NCBI GenBank assembly: GCA_965207595.1
Contig: CBDBMW010000009.1
Span: 76,710-140,709, forward strand
Length of the DNA stretch: 64,000 nucleotides
Origin: Vicinamibacterales bacterium
GTDB taxonomy: Bacteria; Acidobacteriota; Vicinamibacteria; Vicinamibacterales; UBA8438
Direction of reading: 5' to 3'
Shown here: piece by piece, positions 1 to 7,686 of the stretch
Layout: the number at the start of each line of letters is the position of its first letter
How positions within the stretch are numbered: position 1 is the stretch's first letter
The notes under the pieces: generated by a model
What the model was told of the DNA's origin: nothing
The model's input: only the letters and a program-made list of their open reading frames with translations
Database searches by the model: none
Translations under genes and position numbers: made by a program

Positions 1-387
1 CGGCAGACGATGGCGGGCGGGGAGTTCCTCTTCGGGGTGGAGGGCTTCGAGCCGCTCTGCCGCGAGCGGGCGGTCGACGTCATCATGCCGGACGTCAAGC
101 ACTGCGGAGGCGTGACCGAGCTCACGAAGATCGCCACCATCGCGGAGCTCCACGGCGTGCTCGTCTCTCCGCACAACCCGAGCGGCCCCGTCTCCACGAT
201 GGCCTCGGCCCAGGTGTGCGCCGGCCTCCCGAACTTCGACATCCTGGAGTACCAGTGGAACGAGGTGCCGTGGCGCGGCGACCTGATCGATCCACCGGAG
301 CGGTTCACGGAAGGCATCCTCCAGGTACCCGACGGGCCCGGGATCGGCGTCACCCTCAACGAATCAGTCGTCCGCGAGCACCTGTAG
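1..387 (+). CDS. C-terminal part of an enolase-superfamily enzyme (mandelate racemase/muconate-lactonizing family, sugar-acid dehydratase-like); 5' end lies outside the window
   Basis: ORF 10..387 is open to the window edge. The peptide DVIMPDVKHCGGVTE...SPHNPSGPV...GPGIGV is typical of the MR/MLE C-terminal barrel. Confidence 0.75.
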   Translation, partial: RQTMAGGEFLFGVEGFEPLCRERAVDVIMPDVKHCGGVTELTKIATIAELHGVLVSPHNPSGPVSTMASAQVCAGLPNFDILEYQWNEVPWRGDLIDPPERFTEGILQVPDGPGIGVTLNESVVREHL

Positions 388-467
388 CAACCCCCGGCCC
401 GAACGGCGGCCTCAGGGAGGACGGCCGCGCGGCTCTCGAAGCCACAGCGAGCCTCACGGCACGCCGC

Positions 468-749
468 TCACCGTACCGCGGCGCGTCCGAATCGCTCGGC
501 GGCGCGGGCTCGGGCGCGCGCGGCGACCTCGGCGCGGTCCCGCGACGGGGCCGTCGTGACGAGCCTGTCGATCAGGCGTCGCGCCACCTCGGCGACCTCG
601 TCGACCGCGGTGTCGAAGACCTGCTGGTTGGCCTGCGACGGCTTGTTGAAGCCACTGAGCTTGCGCACGAACTGAAGGGACGCTGCGCGCACCTCCTCGT
701 CCGTGGCCGGGGGATCGAAATTGAAGAGCGTCTTGATGTTGCGACACAT
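468..749 (-). CDS. DUF2277-family small protein
   Basis: ORF 468..764. MCRNIKTLFNFDPPATDEEVRAASLQFVRK matches the conserved DUF2277 N-terminus, so the start is placed at the Met preceding CRNIK. Confidence 0.75.
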   Translation of the reverse strand: MCRNIKTLFNFDPPATDEEVRAASLQFVRKLSGFNKPSQANQQVFDTAVDEVAEVARRLIDRLVTTAPSRDRAEVAARARARAAERFGRAAVR

Positions 750-872
750 GGCGACTGCCATCATAGCCGTCGCCCGCCGTTCGTCGCCTGCGGCTCCGCC
801 CGGCGCCCAACCCTATCCTTCAGGAGTCCGCGCCGTTCGACGCCGCAGACTCCTCGCCGTCGGGAAGCGGTC

Positions 873-1352
873 ATGACGGTCGCGCTGGCCGTGCTTGCCA
901 TCGTGCTCGTGATCGTGGGGACCGCCGGCACGGTCCTGCCCGGGCTGCCCGGCGTGCCGCTGGTCCTGGCCGGCCTCGTCGGTCTCGCATGGCTCGACGA
1001 CTTCGCGCGTATCGGACCGTGGACGGTGGCCGTGCTCGTCGCGCTCACCGCGGCCAGCTACGTCGCCGAACTCGGGGCCGCGTTCGGTGCGAGGCGGGTC
1101 GGCGCCAGCCGCTGGGCGATCGTCGGTGCCCTGGTCGGCACCCTTTTCGGCCTCTTCCTCGGCCTGCCGGGACTCCTCATCGGCCCTTTCGCCGGAGCCG
1201 TCGCCGGCGAGTGGCTGGCCCGGCGCAACGTGTCGCAAGCCGCGCGGGCGGGGGCCGGCGCGGGCATCGGACTCGTGGTGGGCACGATCGTCAAGCTCGC
1301 CCTGGTCCTGGCGATGATTGCGATCTCCGCCGGGGCGTTCCTCCTCGGCTGA
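873..1352 (+). CDS. DUF456-like integral membrane protein
   Basis: ATG at 873 inside ORF 216..1352. The peptide has four hydrophobic Gly/Ala/Leu-rich helices (LPGLPGVPLVLAGL..., GPFAGAVAGEW) typical of DUF456. The upstream part of the ORF is Arg/Pro-rich noise. Confidence 0.7.
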   Translation: MTVALAVLAIVLVIVGTAGTVLPGLPGVPLVLAGLVGLAWLDDFARIGPWTVAVLVALTAASYVAELGAAFGARRVGASRWAIVGALVGTLFGLFLGLPGLLIGPFAGAVAGEWLARRNVSQAARAGAGAGIGLVVGTIVKLALVLAMIAISAGAFLLG

Positions 1353-1363
1353 ATCCCTCCCTC

Positions 1364-1393
1364 TTGACCGACCAAGTTGGTCGGGTTTAGTAT
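1364..1393 (+). promoter_or_regulatory. Putative sigma70-type promoter (-35 TTGACC 1364..1369, 18-nt spacer, -10 TAGTAT 1388..1393)
   Basis: Read directly from the sequence in an unusually AT-richer patch, about 85 nt upstream of the ATG at 1478. An operator-like palindrome follows immediately. Confidence 0.35.
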
Positions 1394-1400
1394 CCACGCG

Positions 1401-1419
1401 ACTGAGACTCAGTCTCAGT
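1401..1419. promoter_or_regulatory. Perfect 9-1-9 palindrome ACTGAGACT-C-AGTCTCAGT containing TGAGA-N5-TCTCA; Fur-box-like operator (site 1 of 4)
   Basis: Palindrome verified base by base. It has the same 7-1-7 geometry as the Fur core TGATAAT-N-ATTATCA and matches it at 10 of 14 positions. It lies between the putative -10 and the gene start. Confidence 0.5.
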
Positions 1420-1477
1420 ATCAAGGCACAGCCTCGCGCGCCCGCCGGATCGCGTGTGCGCCAGGCAAGGAGCAGTC

Positions 1478-3697
1478 ATGAGCCCAGCACGGCCCGCGCG
1501 GATCCGTCCCCTTCTCGTTCTCCTCGCCGGACTGGCGATCTCCGAACCGCTGGCGGGACAACCGGCTCCCGAACCCTGGCAGCCACCAGACCTGATCGAC
1601 GCGGTCGCGAGCCTCGGCGCCGCCGTTCACGACGGCTCGCTCTACGTCTACGGAGGCCACGTCGGCCGCGTCCACGCGCACTCGATCGAGAACATCAGCC
1701 CCGGCTTTCGGAGCGTCGCCCTGCGCCCCGACCAGGAGTGGCAGGAGCTGGCCCGCGGACCGCGACTGCAGGGAGCGGTGCTCGTCTCGGACGGAACCAC
1801 CCTGTATCGCGTCGGCGGCATGACCGCGACCAACGCAACCGCCGCCGAGCCCGAAGTGCTTCGCTCGAGTCGCTCCGCGGCCCGCTACGACGCGGCGGCG
1901 GATCGCTGGGACCCACTGCCCGACCTTCCGGCTGGACGCTCGTCGCACGACGCCGTCGTGCTCGACGGCGTGCTCTACGTGGTAGGGGGCTGGGAGCTTC
2001 GCGGCCCCGACGAGGACGCGGTGTGGGCGGACACGCTCCTGGCCCTCGATCTCGAGCGAGGCACGGAGTGGCGACAAATCCCGGCACCCTTCCTGCGGCG
2101 AGCACTGGCGGCCGGGGCGGCCGGGGGGCGCGTATACGCGTTCGGCGGCCTGACGCGGCAGCAGGGTCCCGTCCTCGCGGTCGACGTCTTGGACACGACG
2201 ACCGGCGAGTGGTCCGCCGGTCCCGCGCTACCGCCGGCCGGCAGCCTGCAGGGATTCGGTATCGGCGCCGCCAGCCACCGCGGAGGCGTCTTCGTCAGTC
2301 AAGCCGACGGCAAGGTGTACGGCCTGCGCGGCGACGGCGAGGGCTGGATCCTCACCGCGACCCTGCCCCACCCGCGCTTCATGCACCGGCTGGCCCCGTT
2401 CGGCGATCACCTCCTCGCCGTCGGCGGCGCCGCGCGCGGGGGACACCTCGCAGTGATCGACGTCGTCCCGGTGGGGCCCGACGCGGAGACCTCGTCCGAC
2501 GACGACGCCGCAGATGCGGGCCGCGATCGGGGCACCACCCGCTGGACCGGCTTCCTGGGCGGCACGCTCGGCAACGTGAGCCGTGCGGCGCGACTGCCGC
2601 TCACGTGGTCGGATTCGGAGACGGCGTGGCGGGTGACCACGGCCGGGTTCGGCCAGTCGAGCCCCGTGATCTGGGACGACACGGTCTTCGTCACCTCGCT
2701 CGAGGGCCGGCTCAAGGAGACGCTGCACATCACGGCCCTGGAGCTCGACAGCGGGGCCGAGCGCTGGCGCCGCACGTTCGACGCGGCGGAGCGGCTCGAA
2801 TGGAACGATTACGTCTCCAAGGGAGCCCCGACGCCGGCCGTCGACCGCGAGCACCTGTACGCCTTCTTCGACAGCGGCGATCTGATGGCCCTCACGCACC
2901 AGGGCGACGTCGCCTGGCATCGGGACCTGAGCGCGGAGTTCGGCACGGTCGGAGGGAACCACGGCGTCGGCAACTCCCTGCTCCTGACGGACCGCGCCGT
3001 CGTCGTGCTCCTGACGCGACGGACGTACTCCTACCTGCTGGCCGTCGACCCGGCAACGGGACGCACGCTCTGGAAGACGGATCGCGATCCCGGGGTGGCG
3101 TGGAGCACGCCCGTGCTGGCCCCGGACGGCGGCGAGATCGTGGTCAGTGCTTCCGGCCGCGTCGAGGGTTTCGATCCCGCGACCGGCGCCCGGATCTGGT
3201 CCTTCGACGGCCTGCGCGGCAACCACGTCCCGTCCCCCACCGTGACGGACGATCTCGTCATCGTCGGCGGCATGGCGGTGGCTGCGAATCTCGCCCTGCG
3301 GCGCGGACGCGCCGGCGCTCTCGACGCCGGTGACGTCGCCTGGAAGGTGGAATCCGCCTCCAGCTTCGGGTCTCCCTTCCTCTACCGGGACTGCGTCTAC
3401 TGGGTGAATCCGGCCGGCGCGGCCCGTTGCGTCGCCCCGGACTCCGGCGACGTCCACTGGACGCACCGGCTTCCCGCGTCCACGTGGGCGACGCCCCTCG
3501 GCCACGGGGACCGCGTCTACTTCTTCACGGATAGGGGGGTCACCGAGGTGTTGCGGGCGTCGGCCGCAGCGCCGGAGTCGCTCGCCACGAACCATCTGTC
3601 GGTCGATGCCCCGGTTACGGGGTTCGCTGTGGTCGACGACGCCATCGTCATCCGGGCCGGCCGCGAAGTGATTCGGGTCGGACGTCCGAAGCGCTGA
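1478..3697 (+). CDS. Secreted fusion protein: N-terminal Kelch-type beta-propeller plus C-terminal PQQ-like (BamB-like) beta-propeller
   Basis: AAGGAG lies 6 nt before the ATG at 1478. Signal-peptide-like start MSPARPARIRPLLVLLAGLAISEP. Kelch-like repeats (LYVYGG, LYRVGG, LYVVGG, VYAFGG) are followed by PQQ-like repeats (ETAWRV..., GRTLWKT, GARIWSF, GDVHWTH). Confidence 0.8.
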   Translation: MSPARPARIRPLLVLLAGLAISEPLAGQPAPEPWQPPDLIDAVASLGAAVHDGSLYVYGGHVGRVHAHSIENISPGFRSVALRPDQEWQELARGPRLQGAVLVSDGTTLYRVGGMTATNATAAEPEVLRSSRSAARYDAAADRWDPLPDLPAGRSSHDAVVLDGVLYVVGGWELRGPDEDAVWADTLLALDLERGTEWRQIPAPFLRRALAAGAAGGRVYAFGGLTRQQGPVLAVDVLDTTTGEWSAGPALPPAGSLQGFGIGAASHRGGVFVSQADGKVYGLRGDGEGWILTATLPHPRFMHRLAPFGDHLLAVGGAARGGHLAVIDVVPVGPDAETSSDDDAADAGRDRGTTRWTGFLGGTLGNVSRAARLPLTWSDSETAWRVTTAGFGQSSPVIWDDTVFVTSLEGRLKETLHITALELDSGAERWRRTFDAAERLEWNDYVSKGAPTPAVDREHLYAFFDSGDLMALTHQGDVAWHRDLSAEFGTVGGNHGVGNSLLLTDRAVVVLLTRRTYSYLLAVDPATGRTLWKTDRDPGVAWSTPVLAPDGGEIVVSASGRVEGFDPATGARIWSFDGLRGNHVPSPTVTDDLVIVGGMAVAANLALRRGRAGALDAGDVAWKVESASSFGSPFLYRDCVYWVNPAGAARCVAPDSGDVHWTHRLPASTWATPLGHGDRVYFFTDRGVTEVLRASAAAPESLATNHLSVDAPVTGFAVVDDAIVIRAGREVIRVGRPKR

Positions 3698-3823
3698 CGA
3701 CCGTCTCCGCACACCGGCTGCGGGCAGGGCGCCAACCAACGGTCCGACGCGTCGGCGGCGACGGGACCGCCGAGATCGACGGGGACCGCATCCCGATGCT
3801 CGCGGCCTGAGTTGGAGGGCAGC

Positions 3824-3988
3824 GTGAGAGAAACCACGCGCACCGTCGTCGCCGCGTCGGCGGTCGTGTTGGGCATCCACGTCGGAGCCATCGTTCTCGG
3901 CGGCGAGACCGCCCTGCCCGGCTGGCTGGTTGGGGCTCAGGCCGGCGCCGTGCTCGCCTGGGCCACGAAGCAGCCGAGGAGCCAATGA
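3824..3988 (+). CDS. Possible small two-helix membrane protein (54 aa, GTG start)
   Basis: GGAGGG lies 4 nt upstream of the GTG at 3824. Translation VRETTRTVVAASAVVLGIHVGAIVLGG...GAVLAWATKQPRSQ has high GC3. Its stop TGA 3986..3988 overlaps the next ATG (3985) as ATGA. It is below the ORF-track length cut-off. Confidence 0.3.
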   Translation: MRETTRTVVAASAVVLGIHVGAIVLGGETALPGWLVGAQAGAVLAWATKQPRSQ

Positions 3989-4292
3989 TGGCCATCAAGG
4001 CGCCCCCTGCACCGCGCTGCACAGGCACGCTGCGCGACCGAAGAGGGCCCCGCAGGCTGCACCGGTGGGAGCCCGAGTCGAGGGGAGGCAGCTACCTGGA
4101 CCCGCGACGCGAGCGGTGCCGGGCGTGCGGCGTAGTGCGCGTGTTCTCCGCCGACTGGCGGCGCATCCTGTACTACGAGGAGCCGGCGAGCTGACCATCG
4201 CAGGACGTCGGGCCGTTCTCGCCGGTGGGACCGGCACTCCTGAGTCTGGCGGCTGGGAACGTCCCAATGCAAAGGAAGGACAGGGTCCGCAC

Positions 4293-4676
4293 ATGGGCAC
4301 ACCCTCATTCATCGCGATGAACCGGTTCAAGGTCGTGCGGGGTTCGGAAGACGCATTCGAGGCGCTCTGGCGATCGCGCGAGAGCCACCTCCATGAGGTG
4401 CCGGGATTCGTTTCGTTCCGCTTGCTGCGATCTCCCGCGGGTGAGGAGTACACGCTGTTCGCGTCACACACGATCTGGAGGTCCCAGGAGGCCTTCGTGG
4501 CATGGACCCAGTCGGAGCAGTTCCGCAAGGCCCACGCGCACGCCAATGACCGCGGCACCCAGGCCGCCTATCTCGGCCATCCCGAATTCGAGGGCTTCCA
4601 CGTCGTGCACCAGCTCGACGCCGACCGACCGGTCGCCGCGCCGGCCGCGGTCGCGTCGGCGGCGGGAGTGACGTGA
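4293..4676 (+). CDS. IsdG/HmoB-type heme-degrading monooxygenase (ABM domain)
   Basis: ATG at 4293 within ORF 3930..4676. The peptide carries an Asn-Trp-His triad pattern (AMNRF, HTIWRSQEAF, FRKAH). The gene sits directly before hmuTUV. Confidence 0.7.
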   Translation: MGTPSFIAMNRFKVVRGSEDAFEALWRSRESHLHEVPGFVSFRLLRSPAGEEYTLFASHTIWRSQEAFVAWTQSEQFRKAHAHANDRGTQAAYLGHPEFEGFHVVHQLDADRPVAAPAAVASAAGVT

Positions 4677-5569
4677 TGCGGCGCGGCGCGCGACGGTCGA
4701 TGGGTGGGACCGCGCGATTGGGACACGCCGGGTTGGCCCTCCTCGCCGTCCTCGGCGCGCACTGCCGCGGCGGCGAGCAGCGGGACGACGGGATCATCGC
4801 GATCGGCGGCGACATCACCGAGATCGTCTACGAGCTCGGCGCGGGCGACCGCCTGATGGCCGTCGACACGACGAGCGTGTACCCGCCGGAGGCTCTCGAG
4901 ACGAAGCCGAACGTGGGGTACATGCGCCAGCTCTCCCCCGAGGGTGTGCTCTCGGTCGGAGGCCGGCACGTGCTCGCCAGCGAGGCGGCCGGACCTCCGG
5001 AGACGATCGCGGCGCTCCAGGCATCGTCCCTGGACTACGTGGTCATCCCGGACGATCCGAGCCCGGAGGGCATCGTGGCGAAGGTGCGGGCCGTCGCCGC
5101 GGCCCTCGGCGAGCAGGCCAAGGGAGAGGAGCTCGCGGCGCGGGTCGCGTCCCGGCTCGAGGACCTGGCGGAGAAGCGAACCCGCATCGAAGGCCCCCCG
5201 GTGCGCGTGCTGTTCGTGCTCGCCGTCCGCAACGGGCGCGCCATCGTCGGCGGCGAGGGCTCGAGCGCCGAGGCGGTTATCGAACTCGCGGGCGGCGTCA
5301 ACGCGGTGACCGGCGTGGTCGACTACCGGCCGCTCGGCGACGAGGCGCTCGTGGCGCTGGCCCCCGACGCCATCCTGACCATGAGCCGCACCAGCGAGCG
5401 GCACACCCTCGAGGAACTCGACACCCTCGCCGGCATCAAGAGCACGCCGGCCATGCGCAACGGCCGCATGTACCAGATGGACGGTCAGCGCCTGCTCGGA
5501 TTCGGTTCACGGACGCCGGACGCGGCGGCCGAATTGATGGACCTGCTCTACGGTCCGATCTCCAAATGA
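4676..5569 (+). CDS. hmuT: Heme/hemin ABC transporter periplasmic substrate-binding protein
   Basis: ORF 4673..5569. The GTGATG start overlaps the previous stop. The layout is that of a class III periplasmic binding protein (IIAIGGDITEIVYELG..., LSPEGVLS, APDAILT). Confidence 0.85.
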   Translation: MRRGARRSMGGTARLGHAGLALLAVLGAHCRGGEQRDDGIIAIGGDITEIVYELGAGDRLMAVDTTSVYPPEALETKPNVGYMRQLSPEGVLSVGGRHVLASEAAGPPETIAALQASSLDYVVIPDDPSPEGIVAKVRAVAAALGEQAKGEELAARVASRLEDLAEKRTRIEGPPVRVLFVLAVRNGRAIVGGEGSSAEAVIELAGGVNAVTGVVDYRPLGDEALVALAPDAILTMSRTSERHTLEELDTLAGIKSTPAMRNGRMYQMDGQRLLGFGSRTPDAAAELMDLLYGPISK

Positions 5570-6657
5570 GTCCGGCTGCGCCGGGAGCCTTGGCGGGGAC
5601 ACTGCCGGCGCCGCACGCGACGGCGCGGCGAGCGTCGGCCACCGTGCTGCTGGTGGTGTCGCCGTGCGTCCTGGCGGGCACCATGATCGCGTCGCTGGCG
5701 GTCGGGCCGACGGGCATCTCCCTCGACGCGCTGCCTGCCGTGCTGTGGGCGATGGCGGGGGGCACGGTCGACGCGGAGATCGCAACCGAGCGACTGGTCC
5801 TGCTCGACCTGCGGCTGCCGCGCACGCTGATCGGGCTCTTCGTCGGTGCGTCGCTCGCCCTGGCGGGAGCGATGATGCAGGGGATGTTCCGCAACCCGCT
5901 CGCCGACCCCGGCCTCATCGGGGTCTCCGCGGGGGCAGCCCTCGCCGCCATCTCCACCATCGCGCTGGGCGACACGGTGCTCGCGTTCTGGCCGGCGACC
6001 CTGGGGGTGCACGCGTTGCCCGTGGCCGCCTTCCTGGGCGGGCTGGCGACCACGCTGCTCCTCGTCCTCGTGGCCAACCGCTCCGGCGGCCTCCCGATCG
6101 GCACGCTGCTTCTGGCCGGGATCGCGTTCGGGGCCCTCGCCAACGCCGGGTCCGGCCTCATCGCCTACGTGAGCAACGATCGCGAGCTGCGCGACCTGAC
6201 GCTCTGGTCCCTCGGCTCGCTGAGCGGCGCGAACTGGGACAAGGTGACCGCCATCGTCCCCTTCGCGCTCCTGCTAGCCGTGTTCACACCCGCGATGGTC
6301 CGGGCGCTCAACGGCCTCGTGCTCGGCGAAGCCGAGGCCTTCCACCTCGGAGTCAGCGTCGAGCGAGCCAAGCGCATCCTGGTGACGCTGACGGCGGCGG
6401 CGGTCGGCGCGGCGGTGGCCGTGGCCGGCGTGATCGGGTTCGTCGGCATCGTCGTGCCGCACTTCGCGCGCTTGATCACCGGCCCCGATCACCGCTTCGT
6501 CCTTCCGGCCTCCGCGCTCTTCGGCGGAGTCATCGTACTGACCGCCGACGTCATCGCGCGCCTCATCGTGCAGCCGGCCGAGCTGCCGATCGGCATCGTG
6601 ATGGCCGCCATCGGCGCGCCGGTGTTCCTGCATCTGGTAATCCGGCGCGGGATCTGA
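5566..6657 (+). CDS. hmuU: Heme ABC transporter permease (FecCD family)
   Basis: ATGA overlap with hmuT. Typical FecCD peptide (LLDLRLPRTLIGLFVGASLALAGAMMQG...GIVMAAIGAPVFLHL). Confidence 0.9.
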   Translation: MSPAAPGALAGTLPAPHATARRASATVLLVVSPCVLAGTMIASLAVGPTGISLDALPAVLWAMAGGTVDAEIATERLVLLDLRLPRTLIGLFVGASLALAGAMMQGMFRNPLADPGLIGVSAGAALAAISTIALGDTVLAFWPATLGVHALPVAAFLGGLATTLLLVLVANRSGGLPIGTLLLAGIAFGALANAGSGLIAYVSNDRELRDLTLWSLGSLSGANWDKVTAIVPFALLLAVFTPAMVRALNGLVLGEAEAFHLGVSVERAKRILVTLTAAAVGAAVAVAGVIGFVGIVVPHFARLITGPDHRFVLPASALFGGVIVLTADVIARLIVQPAELPIGIVMAAIGAPVFLHLVIRRGI

Positions 6658-6675
6658 CCTCCGGGGCCGGACCGC

Positions 6676-7536
6676 ATGCTGCAAACCCGCTCGCTCAGCT
6701 ACGCGGTCGGCGGCCGGGCGCTCGTCGAGAAGGCCTCTCTCGACGTCAGACCCGGTTCCCTCACCGTCGTCATCGGACCGAACGGCGCCGGCAAGACCAC
6801 GCTGGTGCGCATGCTCTCCGGCGAGCTGCGGCCGACGGCAGGCCGCCTGACGTTGGACGGCCGACCGTTGCGGGCGTTCTCCGCCAGGGAACTGGCCCTC
6901 CGCCGCGCAGTCGTCCCGCAGGCGGCGCAACTGACCTTCCCGTTCACGGTCGAGGAAGTCGTGCTGCTCGGCCGGACGGTCCCCGGCCTCGACGATCCCG
7001 GGCCCGCCCGCGCCCTCTGCCGCACCGCGCTCGAGCGCGTCGGCTTGCTCGATCTCGCCGGCCGGAGCTACACCGCCCTCTCCGGCGGGGAGCGCCAGCG
7101 CGTGCACCTGGCCCGGGCCTTCGCCCAGCTGGGCGACTGGCGCCGCGACGACGGCACGACCCTCCTGTTCCTGGACGAGCCGACGTCCAACCTCGACCTT
7201 GCCCACCAGCTCTCGATCCTGCGGGAGGTCCGGAAGGACGTCGCGGAGGGTCTTGCCGTCGTGGCCGTGCTGCACGACCTCAATCTCGCATCGTGCTTCG
7301 CCGATCGAATCATCCTGATGAGCGCCGGCCGGATCGCCCGGGTCGGCCCACCCCCCGAGATCTTCCGTGATGAGGTGCTGTCGACGGTCTTCGGCTGCGT
7401 GGTGCGGGCCAATGTCACCCCTGCTCCGGACGTGCCGTTCGTGCTGCCGCAGGCATGCGGGGAAACCGGACGCCGCGGCACCCCGACTCCGGCGCCGCGG
7501 CGTCCGGCTTCGTCAGGCGCTACCCCGAACACCTGA
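6676..7536 (+). CDS. hmuV: Heme ABC transporter ATP-binding protein
   Basis: Walker A GPNGAGKTT, signature LSGGERQR and Walker B LLFLDEPTS. Confidence 0.9.
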   Translation: MLQTRSLSYAVGGRALVEKASLDVRPGSLTVVIGPNGAGKTTLVRMLSGELRPTAGRLTLDGRPLRAFSARELALRRAVVPQAAQLTFPFTVEEVVLLGRTVPGLDDPGPARALCRTALERVGLLDLAGRSYTALSGGERQRVHLARAFAQLGDWRRDDGTTLLFLDEPTSNLDLAHQLSILREVRKDVAEGLAVVAVLHDLNLASCFADRIILMSAGRIARVGPPPEIFRDEVLSTVFGCVVRANVTPAPDVPFVLPQACGETGRRGTPTPAPRRPASSGATPNT

Positions 7537-7596
7537 CGGCCACGCCCTTTGCGCTTGATCGACGGGCGCGGTCTGGGTCACAATGCGCGCTGATAC

Positions 7597-7611
7597 TGAG
7601 ACGCATTCTCA
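7597..7611. promoter_or_regulatory. TGAGA-CGCAT-TCTCA inverted repeat, Fur-box-like operator (site 2 of 4)
   Basis: Coordinates verified against ORF 7455. The wider context GATACTGAGACGCATTCTC matches 13 of 19 positions of the classical Fur box GATAATGATAATCATTATC. It lies 76-90 nt upstream of the CbiX-like gene. Confidence 0.45.
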
Positions 7612-7686
7612 AGACATGTCGGGGGGACCGGTCGGGTGCACACGCCCACGGGCTCCCACGCAGCGGCGCTCCCGTGAACGAGAGAG

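Noticed and set aside
1318-3333. 671-aa ORF, and ORFs 2228..3985 (-) and 5664..7370 (+), overlapping the propeller gene and hmuUV
   Set aside because: These are out-of-frame or antisense readings with extreme Arg content. The alternative frames give clean Kelch/PQQ and ABC-transporter sequences.
3985-4194. 69-aa ORF as a HemP-type hemin uptake protein
   Set aside because: It lacks the HemP C-terminal pattern I remember (H..Y.L..T..GKLILTK). It is kept only as a possible unknown small ORF.
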